A stretch of DNA of 64,000 nucleotides from Vicinamibacteraceae bacterium. GTDB taxonomy: Bacteria > Acidobacteriota > Vicinamibacteria > Vicinamibacterales > Vicinamibacteraceae. Below are positions 27,562 through 37,032 of this stretch, piece after piece. The stretch spans positions 1,115 through 65,114 of the forward strand of contig JBDSLU010000366.1 of assembly GCA_039916225.1 (NCBI GenBank), written 5' to 3'. The number at the start of each line of letters is the position of its first letter. Position 1 is the first letter of the stretch. A model generated the notes under the pieces. It saw only the letters and a program-made list of their open reading frames with translations. It was not told the DNA's origin and did not search any database. The translations under genes were made by a program, and so were the position numbers.

Positions 27562-28017
27562 GTGGGACGCCTCTTCAAACGCCTGATTCTCGTTGCCCTG
27601 GTCATCTTCGTCGGCATCCAGTTCGTCCGGCCCGCTCGCACCAACCCGGTGAGCGATCCGGCCAAGGCGCTGACCAAGAGGCTGGCCGTGCCGGCCGACG
27701 TCAAGGCGACACTCGACCGGTCCTGCAGCAACTGCCATTCGCACACTACGGTGTGGCCGTGGTACTCCAACGTGGCGCCGATCTCGTGGAACGTGATCGG
27801 TCACGTCAACGACGGCCGCGGCAGCATGAACTTCTCCGACTGGCCGGCCGGGCCCGAGGAAGCCGGTGACCTGCTCGACGCGATCTGCGACGAGGTGAAG
27901 AAGGGGCACATGCCCATTCCGCAGTACACCTGGATCCACAGCGAGGCCAAGCTCACCGACGCGGATCGCAAGCGCCTCTGCGACTGGTCGACGAAGGCCG
28001 CCGGCGACCTCTACTAG
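27562..28017 (+). CDS. haem-binding domain protein (Haem_bd, PF14376-like)
   Basis: N-terminal TM segment, CSNCH (CxxCH), WPWYSNVAPISW and KKGHMPIPQYTWIH motifs. Confidence 0.75.
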   Translation: MGRLFKRLILVALVIFVGIQFVRPARTNPVSDPAKALTKRLAVPADVKATLDRSCSNCHSHTTVWPWYSNVAPISWNVIGHVNDGRGSMNFSDWPAGPEEAGDLLDAICDEVKKGHMPIPQYTWIHSEAKLTDADRKRLCDWSTKAAGDLY

Positions 28018-29240
28018 GCTGCGTCAGCTTCGACGTCGGCTTCGCGCCAGGAGCCGCGCCAGCCTTCGGCTGACGCCATCAGTATCCGCAGCAGCAGCAC
28101 CGCGCCGGCGGCGAGCGCCGTCAGGATCGCGAAGCCCGACGAGAACGATCCGGTGGCGGCCCGGGCCTGGCCGAGGACGTTCGGCAGGATGAAGCCGCCG
28201 ATGCCGCCGATGGCGCCGACGACACCGGTGACAAGGCCGATCTCGCGGGCGAAGCGCTGCGGCACCATCTGGAACACGGCCCCGTTGCCGAGGCCGAGGC
28301 ACAGCATCAGCACCGCCAGCACCACGACGATGACCGGCAGCGTCGGCAGCGTGGCGCAGGTGGCGTAAGCGACGGCGATCACGCCGAGCAGCATCGACAG
28401 CAGCGGTGCGCCGCCGACCCTGTCGGCGACGATGCCGCCGATCGGCCGCGAGACGCTGCCGACGAACGCCACCAGCGCCGTGAGCAGGCCGGCGGTGACC
28501 GGCGTCACCTGGTACTGGTCGCGAAGCATCAGCGGCAGGAAGCTGCCGAGGCCGACGTAGCCGCCGAAGGTCACCGAGTAGAGCAGGCAGAACGACCACA
28601 GGTCGCGTTCCCTGAGCGATCGCATGTACTGCGCCATCGTCGGTCGCGGCCCGCGCCGCGGGCTTTCCTTGGCCAGCAGCACGAACACGATGAGCGCGAT
28701 GGTCAGCGGAATCATGGCCACGGCCATGACCCCCTGCCAGCCGATCGAGGCGGCCAGCCGCGGCGCGATCAGGTTGGTCACCACCGTGCCGCTGTTGCCG
28801 GCGGCGGCGATGCCCATCGCCAGGCCCTGCTTCTCGGGCGGATACCAGCGGCTGGCGAGCGGGAGCGCTACCGCGAAGGACGCGCCGGCCACGCCGAGGA
28901 GGGCGCCGATGGCCATCAGATCGTTGAGGCTATCGCCCGCCAGCCAGCCCAGCGTGAGCGGCCCGTAGAGGCAGATCAGCATGATCGTGCCGACCTTCTT
29001 GCCGCCGAAGCGGTCGCTCAACAGCCCGAGCGGAACCCGCAGCAGCGAGCCGCTCAGGATCGGGATGGCCACCACCATGGCCTTCTCCGATGGCCCGAGC
29101 TTCAACCCCTCGGCGATGTAGACGCCCAGGGCGCCGAGCAGCACCCACAGCATGAACGAGACGTCGAAGTGGACGAAGCAGGCTGCCAGCGTCGGCGTGT
29201 GTCCGCGCGGTTCGGTGGTCATCATGGTCGACTGAATCAA
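28014..29240 (-). CDS. narK: MFS nitrate/nitrite transporter (NarK/NasA family)
   Basis: 12-TM MFS protein with a GxxxDRxGG-type motif (GLLSDRFGGKK, GGIVADRVGG). Located in the nitrate-assimilation cluster. Confidence 0.8.
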   Translation of the reverse strand: MIQSTMMTTEPRGHTPTLAACFVHFDVSFMLWVLLGALGVYIAEGLKLGPSEKAMVVAIPILSGSLLRVPLGLLSDRFGGKKVGTIMLICLYGPLTLGWLAGDSLNDLMAIGALLGVAGASFAVALPLASRWYPPEKQGLAMGIAAAGNSGTVVTNLIAPRLAASIGWQGVMAVAMIPLTIALIVFVLLAKESPRRGPRPTMAQYMRSLRERDLWSFCLLYSVTFGGYVGLGSFLPLMLRDQYQVTPVTAGLLTALVAFVGSVSRPIGGIVADRVGGAPLLSMLLGVIAVAYATCATLPTLPVIVVVLAVLMLCLGLGNGAVFQMVPQRFAREIGLVTGVVGAIGGIGGFILPNVLGQARAATGSFSSGFAILTALAAGAVLLLRILMASAEGWRGSWREADVEADAA

Positions 29241-29282
29241 TCCTGGTCCTGGCGTGTGTTGAGCGTGTGAACGGGCGGCCGT

Positions 29283-30170
29283 CTACCGGGCGCCGCTTTC
29301 GACGGCGAGGTACTGCACGACGCGCTCGACGAGCGGCCCGAGCTTGGGCCGCGCCGGCTCGATGCGCGGGGTGATGCCGCGGGCGACGAGGGCGGCCGAG
29401 CAGGTCGGGCCGATCGACGCGGTGACCGTCCAGGCGTTGAGGGCCTCGATGAGCGGGGCCTCGCGCTCGGAGCGCGCGGCCACTTCGAGGAAGTGCCGCA
29501 CCTGCACCTGACTGGTGAAAACGACGGCGTCGACGCGTCCGTCGATGGTCAGCCCGACCAGCTTGTCGAGCGGGCCGAGGTCATCGGGCAGGCGCCATTC
29601 GTAGATGCACAGTTCGTCGAGGACGGCGCCGCCCTCCTGGATGGCCTCGGCCAGCACGGTGCTGCGCTCGCCGAAGTGGACGAGAGCGACGCGCTTGCCG
29701 GCGAGGGGCAGGCTGCGCAGGGCGTCGACGCAGGCCTGCGTCGTCCACGGCTCGGCGACGGCCACGCTGACGCCGATGCGGCGCCGCCCGAGCGCCGCCG
29801 ACGGCTTCGGGCCACGGGCGACGACGGTGGTGCGACCGAGCGCGGCACGGACGGCGTCCAGATGTCCGAGCCGCTCGATTTCGTCGAGCAGCCGGGTGAC
29901 GCCGACGCCGGTCAGGAAGACGACGATGTCGTAGCGATCCTCGACCAGCGTCTCGACCCACGCCTTGATCTCGGCGGTGGCGTCGACGACGGCTTCGGCG
30001 AGGGCGGGAGCCCGCACCACCGCCGCCCCTTCACGCTCGAACAGCGTGGCGATGGTGTCGGCCATGCGCGCTTCGAGCACGCCGATGGTGCGCCCTTCGA
30101 GCGCCGGCGCGGCGCGCCGGGTGCTGGTGGTGACCGGGTTGGTAACCGGATCGGGCATCGGCGCTCCCAT
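29283..30170 (-). CDS. uroporphyrinogen-III synthase-like (HemD family) protein
   Basis: Two-lobed HemD-like pattern (VVFLTGVGV ... DAVVFTSQVQVRHF). Start ATG at 30170, and the upstream part of ORF 29283..30365 overlaps nirD. The siroheme context sits next to nirBD. Confidence 0.65.
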   Translation of the reverse strand: MGAPMPDPVTNPVTTSTRRAAPALEGRTIGVLEARMADTIATLFEREGAAVVRAPALAEAVVDATAEIKAWVETLVEDRYDIVVFLTGVGVTRLLDEIERLGHLDAVRAALGRTTVVARGPKPSAALGRRRIGVSVAVAEPWTTQACVDALRSLPLAGKRVALVHFGERSTVLAEAIQEGGAVLDELCIYEWRLPDDLGPLDKLVGLTIDGRVDAVVFTSQVQVRHFLEVAARSEREAPLIEALNAWTVTASIGPTCSAALVARGITPRIEPARPKLGPLVERVVQYLAVESGAR

Positions 30171-30175
30171 GGTTT

Positions 30176-30520
30176 TCACCGTCCTCCGAGCGTGACGACC
30201 ACGTCCCCGGCGCTCGTCACGCCGGCCGGATACGTGGTCAGCGGAGCGCACGAATTGCCCTCGGGGCAGCCCGTCGCCAGATCGAAGCGATACGCGTGGA
30301 ACGGGCAGACGACCTTGCCGTTGCCGACGAAGCCGTCGGCGAGCGGGCCGTTGGCGTGCGGGCACGAGGCCTGCGTGGCGAACACTTCACCCGATCGCGG
30401 CCGGAACACGGCGATCTCGAGGTCGTCGATGGCGAACGTCCGACCTTCGCCGACCGGGATCCGATCGAGCGATCCCAGGTTCACCTGGTGCGCGGCGTGC
30501 GTGCCGACGACTGCGCTCAT
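30176..30520 (-). CDS. nirD: nitrite reductase [NAD(P)H] small subunit
   Basis: 114 aa, Rieske-fold-like. CPH..GPL..G.......V.CPFH motif. The ATG overlaps the nirB stop (ATGA). Confidence 0.85.
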   Translation of the reverse strand: MSAVVGTHAAHQVNLGSLDRIPVGEGRTFAIDDLEIAVFRPRSGEVFATQASCPHANGPLADGFVGNGKVVCPFHAYRFDLATGCPEGNSCAPLTTYPAGVTSAGDVVVTLGGR

Positions 30521-33045
30521 CGCCCCGCCTCCGCGCCGCGGAAAGCCAGCGCTTCGGCGCGGCTGGCGCGCACCTCGACGGCGACCGGCACCGCGGCAGG
30601 CTCCAGGACCTGGCTGAACTGCGACGGGTGCACCGGCGCGTGCGCCTCGAGCCATGGATCGACGAAGCTGTCGACCGTCGTCTGCATGTCGGCGTCGAGC
30701 CGGGCCGCAATGCCCTCGGCGTCGTCGACGATCACCGCGCGGACGCGCTCGAGCCCCATCCGCGGCACGAAGTCGTAGGTGCGCTCGAGGTACTTGGCTT
30801 CCTCGCGGTACCACTGCATGAAGCGGCCGGTCAGCGTGATGACCTCGTCCTGGCTGTCGACGGTGGTCAGCAGGTCGCCCTTGCGGACGTGCGCGCCGGC
30901 CGCGCCGCCGATGTAGATCTCCCAGCGTCCGCCTTCGATGGCGACCGCGCCGATGTCCTTGACCGTGGCTTCGGAGCAGTTGCGCGGGCAACCGGCCGTC
31001 GCCAGCTTCATCTTGGCGGGCGACTCGAGGCCCTGGAAACGCTTTTCGATGGCGATGCCCAGGGCGGTCGAGTCGCCGACGCCGAAGCGGCAGAACTCGG
31101 TGCCGACGCACGTCTTGCAGGTGCGGAAGGCCTTCGTGTAGGCGTGGCCCGAGGGCATGCCGAGGTCCTTCCAGACCTCGGGCAGCTGCTCGCGCGTCAG
31201 CCCGAGCAGGTCGATGCGCTGGCCGCCGGTGATCTTCACCATGCGGACGTTGTACTTGTCGGCGACGTCGGCGATCTTGCGGAGGTCGGCGGCGCTGGTC
31301 ACGCCGCCGAAGATGCGCGGCACGACGCTGTAGGTCCGATCCTTCTGGATGTTGGCGTGGACGCGGTCATTGATGAAGCGGGCGTCGCGCTCCTCGACGA
31401 CGTCGTTGCCCCACATCGTCTTCAGCAGCGAGGCCAGGCCGGCCTTGCTGCCTGGGTCCTCGCGGCCGGCGGCAAGCACGTCGAACACCTGCGAGACGCT
31501 GCGCAGGTTCATGTCCTTGATGGCGCCGATCAGCTCGCGCTTGGCCATCGCCACGCCCGGCACGTAGTAGTGCGCCGCCGGATCGTCCTGCAGGTTGTCG
31601 CCGGCCACGGCCTCGACGATCGCCTTGACCTGCACCTTGCACGAGCCGCAGCCGGTGCCGGCGCGGGTCGCGTCGCAGACCGCCTTGAAGGTCTTGCAGC
31701 CGTTGCGCAGGGCGCCGACGATGGCCCCCTTCGAGACGCCGTTGCAGTTGCAGATCTGGGCGTCGTCGGGCATGTCGGCGGCGGACAGCTGCGCCGGCGC
31801 GTCGCCCATCGGGAACAGCAGCGAGGCGCGCGACTCGGGCAGCGACGTGCTGCGGTCGAAGAGCTGCTGCAGCGCCGGGGCGGCGCTGGTGTCGCCGAGC
31901 AGGATGGCGCCGACGAGCTTGCCGTCGCGGACGATCAGCTTGTGGTAGACGCCGCGGCCGGGCTCGGCGTAGGTGACGACCTCGTCGTCGGCGTCGCGGC
32001 TCTGCTTCTCGCCCATGACGGCGAGGTCGACGCCCATCACCTTCAGTTTGGTGGACGTCCGCGAGCCTTCGTAGACCTTGTCCTCCACGCGACCGCTGAT
32101 CCGGTCGGCCAGCACCGCCGTCTGTTCCCACAGCGGCGCGACCAGGCCGTAGACCAGGCCGCGGTGCTCGGCGCATTCGCCGACGGCGCAGATGGATGGA
32201 TCCGACGTGGCCATGCCGTCGCTGACGACGATGCCCCGCTTGATCTCGAGCCCGGCGGACCTGGCCAACGCTACGTTCGGGCGGATGCCGGCGGCGACGA
32301 CGAGCAGGTCGCAGTCGAGCGTCGAGCCGTCCTTGAACTGCAGGCCGGTGACGGATCCGTTGCCCAGGAGGCCGGTGGTCGCTTTCCCCAGGTGTACTTT
32401 GACCCCCAGCGACTCCATCGACTTCTGCAGCATCAGCCCGGCGTCGCGATCGAGCTGCATCTCCATCAGGTGTTCCATCAAGTGGACCACGTTGACCTCG
32501 AGACCGCGCCCGGACAGGCCGCGCGCCGCTTCGAGGCCGAGGAGACCGCCGCCGATGACCGCCGCCGACTTGACGTCGGCCGCTCGCGCCAGCATGCGCT
32601 CGCAGTCTTCGAGCGTCCGGAACACGTAGACGCCGTCCTTGTAGGGACCGGGGCCGTGCGCAGGCTCGGTCGGCGCCAGGTTCTCGAAGGGCGGCACGAA
32701 CGGCACCGAGCCGGTGGCGATGACCAGGGTGTCGTAGGGCTCGGCGCGACCGTCCGAGCCGTAGACCACCTTCGCCTCGCGGTCGATGCGGGCCGCACCG
32801 ATGCCGGCGTGCAGCGTCACGTTGTTGTCGGTGTACCAGTCGAGCGGGTTGATGAAGATGTCGTCCGGCTGCTGGGTGCCGGCGAGGACACCCGAGAGCA
32901 GGATGCGGTTGTAGTTGCCGTACGGCTCGTCGCCGAACATGGTGACCTGGAAGCGATCGCCGTTGGCGCGGGCGAGCACGTCTTCGACGAGGCGGGCGCC
33001 CGCCATGCCGTTGCCGATGACCACGAGACGATGAGGTGACGTCAT
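30517..33045 (-). CDS. nirB: nitrite reductase [NAD(P)H] large subunit
   Basis: N-terminal VVIGNGMAG FAD/NAD fold, a BFD-like [2Fe-2S] region (CNCNGVSKG), and a sirohaem/4Fe-4S region (TCKTCVGTEFCRFG ... CPRNCSEA). The start overlaps the nasA stop (ATGA). Confidence 0.9.
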   Translation of the reverse strand: MTSPHRLVVIGNGMAGARLVEDVLARANGDRFQVTMFGDEPYGNYNRILLSGVLAGTQQPDDIFINPLDWYTDNNVTLHAGIGAARIDREAKVVYGSDGRAEPYDTLVIATGSVPFVPPFENLAPTEPAHGPGPYKDGVYVFRTLEDCERMLARAADVKSAAVIGGGLLGLEAARGLSGRGLEVNVVHLMEHLMEMQLDRDAGLMLQKSMESLGVKVHLGKATTGLLGNGSVTGLQFKDGSTLDCDLLVVAAGIRPNVALARSAGLEIKRGIVVSDGMATSDPSICAVGECAEHRGLVYGLVAPLWEQTAVLADRISGRVEDKVYEGSRTSTKLKVMGVDLAVMGEKQSRDADDEVVTYAEPGRGVYHKLIVRDGKLVGAILLGDTSAAPALQQLFDRSTSLPESRASLLFPMGDAPAQLSAADMPDDAQICNCNGVSKGAIVGALRNGCKTFKAVCDATRAGTGCGSCKVQVKAIVEAVAGDNLQDDPAAHYYVPGVAMAKRELIGAIKDMNLRSVSQVFDVLAAGREDPGSKAGLASLLKTMWGNDVVEERDARFINDRVHANIQKDRTYSVVPRIFGGVTSAADLRKIADVADKYNVRMVKITGGQRIDLLGLTREQLPEVWKDLGMPSGHAYTKAFRTCKTCVGTEFCRFGVGDSTALGIAIEKRFQGLESPAKMKLATAGCPRNCSEATVKDIGAVAIEGGRWEIYIGGAAGAHVRKGDLLTTVDSQDEVITLTGRFMQWYREEAKYLERTYDFVPRMGLERVRAVIVDDAEGIAARLDADMQTTVDSFVDPWLEAHAPVHPSQFSQVLEPAAVPVAVEVRASRAEALAFRGAEAGR

Positions 33046-35204
33046 GAGCGTGTGTCCTTGCTGAGATCCCTGAGAACGGGGCCAAGGTCCGTGGAACCGG
33101 GGGCCTTGGTGCTGTCTTTCACGAGGGGGTCGACGCGCGCGGCGCAGACCTTGAACTCCGGCATGCGGCTGATCGGATCGAGCGCGTCGTTGGTGAGCCG
33201 GTTGGCCGACTGCTCGTCGGGCCAATGGAAGGGCATGAAGACGGTGTCGGGCCGGATGTCGCGGGTCACCTTGGCGGTGACCTCGACCGAGCCGCGGCGG
33301 GTCTTCACCGTCAGGCGGCCGCCGTCGGTGATCTTCAGCCGCGCCGCCGTCTGCGGGTGCAGCTCGGCGACGGCCGTGCCCGACATGGCGTTCAGCGCCG
33401 CCACCCGGCGCGTCATCGTGCCCGACTGGTACTGGGCGAGCACGCGGCCGGTGGTGAGGTAGAGCGGGTATTCCTTGTCCGGCGCTTCGGCCGGCAGCTT
33501 GTGCTTCACGGCGTGGAAGCGCGCCTTGCCGGACGGCGTGGCGAAGGCGTCGAGGAACAGCCGCGGCGTGCCGGTGTGCTCGGCCGACGGGCACGGCCAG
33601 AAGACGCCGCGCTGGGCTTCGATCTTGGCGTAGGTGATGCCCGAGTAGTCGGCCGGCGCGCCCTTGGTGGCGCGGGCCAGCTCGTTGAACACGTCTTCCG
33701 GCGTGTCGTAGGCGAACCACTTGCGCTTGCCGAGCCGTTCGGCCAGGCCGACGATGACGCCGATGTCCGAGGCGACGCCGAGCGGCGCCGCGACGGCGCG
33801 CTTGCGGCGGATGACGCGACCTTCGAGGTTGGTCATCGTGCCGTCCTCTTCCGCCCACTGCGCGGACGGCAGGACGACGTCGGCCATCTTGGCCGTCTCG
33901 GAGAGGAAGAAGTCGGAGACGGCGAGGAAGTCGAGGGACGCCAGGCGCGTCGCGACCTCGTTGGCCGACGGCGACGAGACCACCGCGTTGAAGCCCATCA
34001 CGAAGAGGGCGCGGACGCCGCCTTCGGTGCCGCAGCTCTGGAGCAGCTCGTAGGCCGACTTGCCGGGGCCAGGAATCGAATCGGGCGAGACGCGCCAGAC
34101 GCCGGCGACGGCCCGGCGAGCCGCCGGGTCGGTGATCGAGCGATAGCCGGGGAGCTGGTCGGCTTTCTGGCCGTGCTCGCGGCCACCCTGGCCGTTGCCC
34201 TGCCCGGTGAGGATGCCGAAGCCGCTGCCTTCCGTGCCGGGGAAGCCGCAGACCAGGGCGATGTTGATGTAGGAGAGCGTGTTGGCGACGCCCTGCGCCT
34301 GCTGCTCGGGACCCCGCCCGGTCAGCACGAAGCCGCGCGCCGACGTGCCGAGCAGGCGCGCCGCTTCGACCAGCTTCTTCTCGGGGACGCCGGTGATGCG
34401 CTCGACGAGCTCGGGCCAGTAGCCGGCGGCGACGGCGCGGACCTTGGCGAAGCCTTCGGTGCGCCGCTCGATGTAGGGCTGGTTGGCCAGGCCATCGCGC
34501 AGCAGGACGTGCAGCAGGCCGTTGGCGAGGGCGGTGTCGGTGCCCGGCATCGGCTGCAGGTGGATCGTGGCCAGCTGGGCTGTCGCCGACCGGCGCGGAT
34601 CGATGACGACGAGCGCCCCGCCCCGCCCTTTCAGCGTCTCGAGGTAGCGCACGAACGGCGGCATGGTCTCGGCCGGATTGCTGCCGGCCAGCAACACGAC
34701 GTCGGCGTGCTCGAGATCCTCGAGGGGGAAGGGCAGCCCGCGGTCGAGCCCGAAGGCCTTGTTCGAGGCCGCGGCGCCCGACGACATGCAGTAACGGCCG
34801 TTGTAGTCGATGTTGGCGGTGCCGACGGCGACGCGGGCGAACTTGCCGAGGAGGTAGGCCTTCTCGTTGGTCAGCGCCCCGCTGCCGAGGATGCCGACGG
34901 CATCGGCGCCATGCGTGCGGATCGTGTCGCGGATGCCGAGCGCGATGCGATCGAGGGCGTAGCGCCAGCCGACCGGCACCAGTCGGCCAGCCCGGTCGCG
35001 GGCCAGCGGCTCACGCAGCCGCTCCGGATGATCGACCACCGCCGCGGCGTTCCAGCCCTTGGCGCACAGCGCGCCGGCGTTGACCGGAAAGGCCCGATTG
35101 CCCACCACCGACAACGTCGGTGACGTGCGCGCGACGATGCCGCACTGCAGCGCGCAGTAGGGGCAGTGCGTCTCGACGACGTCGACAGCGGCGGGTGCGG
35201 TCAT
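33042..35204 (-). CDS. nasA: assimilatory nitrate reductase catalytic subunit (molybdopterin oxidoreductase)
   Basis: N-terminal 4Fe-4S motif HCPYCALQCG...C and bis-MGD domains. ATG at 35204 chosen (MTAPAAVDVVETHCPYC). Confidence 0.9.
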   Translation of the reverse strand: MTAPAAVDVVETHCPYCALQCGIVARTSPTLSVVGNRAFPVNAGALCAKGWNAAAVVDHPERLREPLARDRAGRLVPVGWRYALDRIALGIRDTIRTHGADAVGILGSGALTNEKAYLLGKFARVAVGTANIDYNGRYCMSSGAAASNKAFGLDRGLPFPLEDLEHADVVLLAGSNPAETMPPFVRYLETLKGRGGALVVIDPRRSATAQLATIHLQPMPGTDTALANGLLHVLLRDGLANQPYIERRTEGFAKVRAVAAGYWPELVERITGVPEKKLVEAARLLGTSARGFVLTGRGPEQQAQGVANTLSYINIALVCGFPGTEGSGFGILTGQGNGQGGREHGQKADQLPGYRSITDPAARRAVAGVWRVSPDSIPGPGKSAYELLQSCGTEGGVRALFVMGFNAVVSSPSANEVATRLASLDFLAVSDFFLSETAKMADVVLPSAQWAEEDGTMTNLEGRVIRRKRAVAAPLGVASDIGVIVGLAERLGKRKWFAYDTPEDVFNELARATKGAPADYSGITYAKIEAQRGVFWPCPSAEHTGTPRLFLDAFATPSGKARFHAVKHKLPAEAPDKEYPLYLTTGRVLAQYQSGTMTRRVAALNAMSGTAVAELHPQTAARLKITDGGRLTVKTRRGSVEVTAKVTRDIRPDTVFMPFHWPDEQSANRLTNDALDPISRMPEFKVCAARVDPLVKDSTKAPGSTDLGPVLRDLSKDTRS

Positions 35205-35797
35205 GCCGCACCGTCCCTGTGCAAGATGCCCTCCGGCCGGGCACATCAGCCGTCAAATTGCTCAAAGCCTTCGTTTTGCTGGGAAAAAGGCCAGAAGTGA
35301 GGGTTTGGCGGGCGCTCCGGGGAGGGCCCACAAGTGGACGTGATTGTTTGCTGCGTACGTTAAGACAAACGGAAATGTTTGAAATCGCCTTCCGAGGGGC
35401 TATTCACCGCGAAGTTCTCGATGCGGCAGGCAGCGATCCAATTTGCAGGTGGCTCGATCGGACGTCCACTAATGTCGCCAGGTCGATGATATGGACACAT
35501 TACTGTCGCTATTGCCCGTGGGTCCCGGAATGACCAGGGATTGCCTGGCCAGCAAATTAGCGACTCTTTCGTTGACTTTACAAATGCAAACAACAATTTA
35601 GTAACCACAATAAACCAGTTATTTTGGGCTGTAAGTCGTTGTCAATGCACAACTTGCCTGGGTCGCCGTCGAAGCTCGGGTGTGGCTGGCTGTGGCCTTG
35701 CAATACGGGCGGCAGCCGCAAGGCTCGCGACGCCGTTTTGGCCGCCATCCTGGCTGGCCCGGCGAAGCACACGAGGTCTGGATTGTCAGGAGCGCCA
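35205..35797. promoter_or_regulatory. 593-bp divergent nas/nrt control region; its core (about 35340-35640) is the least GC-rich stretch of the window
   Basis: No credible ORF. It contains a 9-bp long-range inverted repeat, AGTGGACGT (35331-39) and ACGTCCACT (35466-74). It also has a GCCTTGC...GCAAGGC hairpin (35695-35724) followed by CGCCGTTTTGG. Confidence 0.5.
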
Positions 35798-37027
35798 GTG
35801 AACTCACGCCGTCGATTCGTCAAGGTCAGTACCGCTGCGCTCGGCGCGGCCCTGTTGCCCGCCGGGCGGGTGTGGGCGAGCGAGTCGCCCGAAGTGCCGG
35901 CGATGAAGTTCGGGATGATCGCCCTCACCGACTGCTCGCCGATCGTGATCGCGCACGAGAAGGGCCTGTTCAAAAAGTACGGCATCGAGTCGACCGTCAG
36001 CAAGGGCGCCAGCTGGGCGGCGATTCGCGACTCGCTGTCGACCGGCGATCTCCAGGCGACCCACATGCTGACCGGCATGCCGATCGCCTCGACCATGGGG
36101 CTGCTCGGATCGCCTCGCAAGCCGATGGTCATCCCCTGGCTGATGAACCGCAACGGCCAGGCGATCACGCTCAAGGCCGCGTTCAAGGGCAAGGTCCAGG
36201 CCGACCCGAAGGCGCTCAAGCCGATGGCCGACGCGGCCAAGGCGGCCGGTTCGCCGCTGACCTTCGCGATGACCTTCCCGCCGGGGACGCACGCGATGTG
36301 GATGCGCTACTGGCTCGGCGCCGGCGGCATCCACCCCGACACCGACGTCTCGCTGATCACCATCCCGCCGGCGCAGATGGTGGCCAACATGAAGGTCGGC
36401 AAGATGGACGGCTTCTGCGTCGGCGAGCCGTGGAATGCCCGCAGCATCGCCGACGGCATCGGCTACACGGCGATCACCACCCAGCAGCTGTGGAAGAACC
36501 ATCCGGAGAAAGTCTGCGCGTTCACCGCGGAGTTCGCCGACAGGAATCCGAAGACGGTCAAGGCGGTGCTCAAGGCGCTGCACGAGGCGAGCGTCTGGCT
36601 CGACAAGCTGGAGAACCGGCCGGAGCAGTGCGACATCGTGTCGCAGCCCACCTACATCAACTGTCCCAAGGATCTGATCCTCGGCCGCCTGCAGGGCAAG
36701 TACGACTTCGGCGACGGACGCACGCTGCAGGACCCCGACTACATGATCTTCAGCGGCCGCAACTGCAACTACCCGCAGCCGAAGTACGCGGTGTGGTGGC
36801 TGACCCAGTTCCGCCGGTGGGGGATGGTCATCGGCACGCCGGACTACGCCGCCGTCGCCCGGCAGGTGATGCGTCCCGACATTTACGAAGAGGCGATGAA
36901 GGAGATCGGCTACAAGCACGGCGGTCTCGACAGCAAGCCGGAGACGCTGTTCGACGGCATCACCTTCGATCCCACCAAGGCCGAGGCCTACGCCAAGGGC
37001 TTCAAGGTCCACGGGCTCAAGGGGTGA
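35798..37027 (+). CDS. nrtA: nitrate ABC transporter substrate-binding protein
   Basis: GTG start with AGGAG 5 nt upstream. Tat-type signal NSRRRFVKVSTAALGAA. NrtA/SsuA/TauA-like body. The listed ORF start at 35624 adds an implausible extension. Confidence 0.85.
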   Translation: MNSRRRFVKVSTAALGAALLPAGRVWASESPEVPAMKFGMIALTDCSPIVIAHEKGLFKKYGIESTVSKGASWAAIRDSLSTGDLQATHMLTGMPIASTMGLLGSPRKPMVIPWLMNRNGQAITLKAAFKGKVQADPKALKPMADAAKAAGSPLTFAMTFPPGTHAMWMRYWLGAGGIHPDTDVSLITIPPAQMVANMKVGKMDGFCVGEPWNARSIADGIGYTAITTQQLWKNHPEKVCAFTAEFADRNPKTVKAVLKALHEASVWLDKLENRPEQCDIVSQPTYINCPKDLILGRLQGKYDFGDGRTLQDPDYMIFSGRNCNYPQPKYAVWWLTQFRRWGMVIGTPDYAAVARQVMRPDIYEEAMKEIGYKHGGLDSKPETLFDGITFDPTKAEAYAKGFKVHGLKG

Positions 37028-37032
37028 GCACC

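Noticed and set aside
30517-33858. A 1113-aa NirB with a long N-terminal extension, and similarly the 29283..30365 and 30176..31111 extensions.
   Set aside because: The extensions overlap nasA, nirD and nirB respectively and are Arg/Gly-rich. Canonical starts at 33045, 30170 and 30520 give ATGA-type coupling and normal protein lengths.
35375-35533. A small 52-aa ORF (MFEIAFRGAIHREVL...) and the antisense 82-aa ORF 35360..35608 in the nas/nrt intergenic region.
   Set aside because: Codon usage is AT-rich and unlike all confident genes. There is no convincing SD and no motif. The region is more likely regulatory DNA or RNA.
35540-35680. Sigma54-like -24/-12 matches in the nas/nrt control region: CTGGCCAGCAAATTAGC on the plus strand, AGGCAAGTTGTGCATT on the minus strand, and TGGCCTTTTTCCCAGCA on the minus strand near 35270.
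   Set aside because: The GG-to-GC spacing is off by 1-2 nt in each case, and the -12 element is poor.
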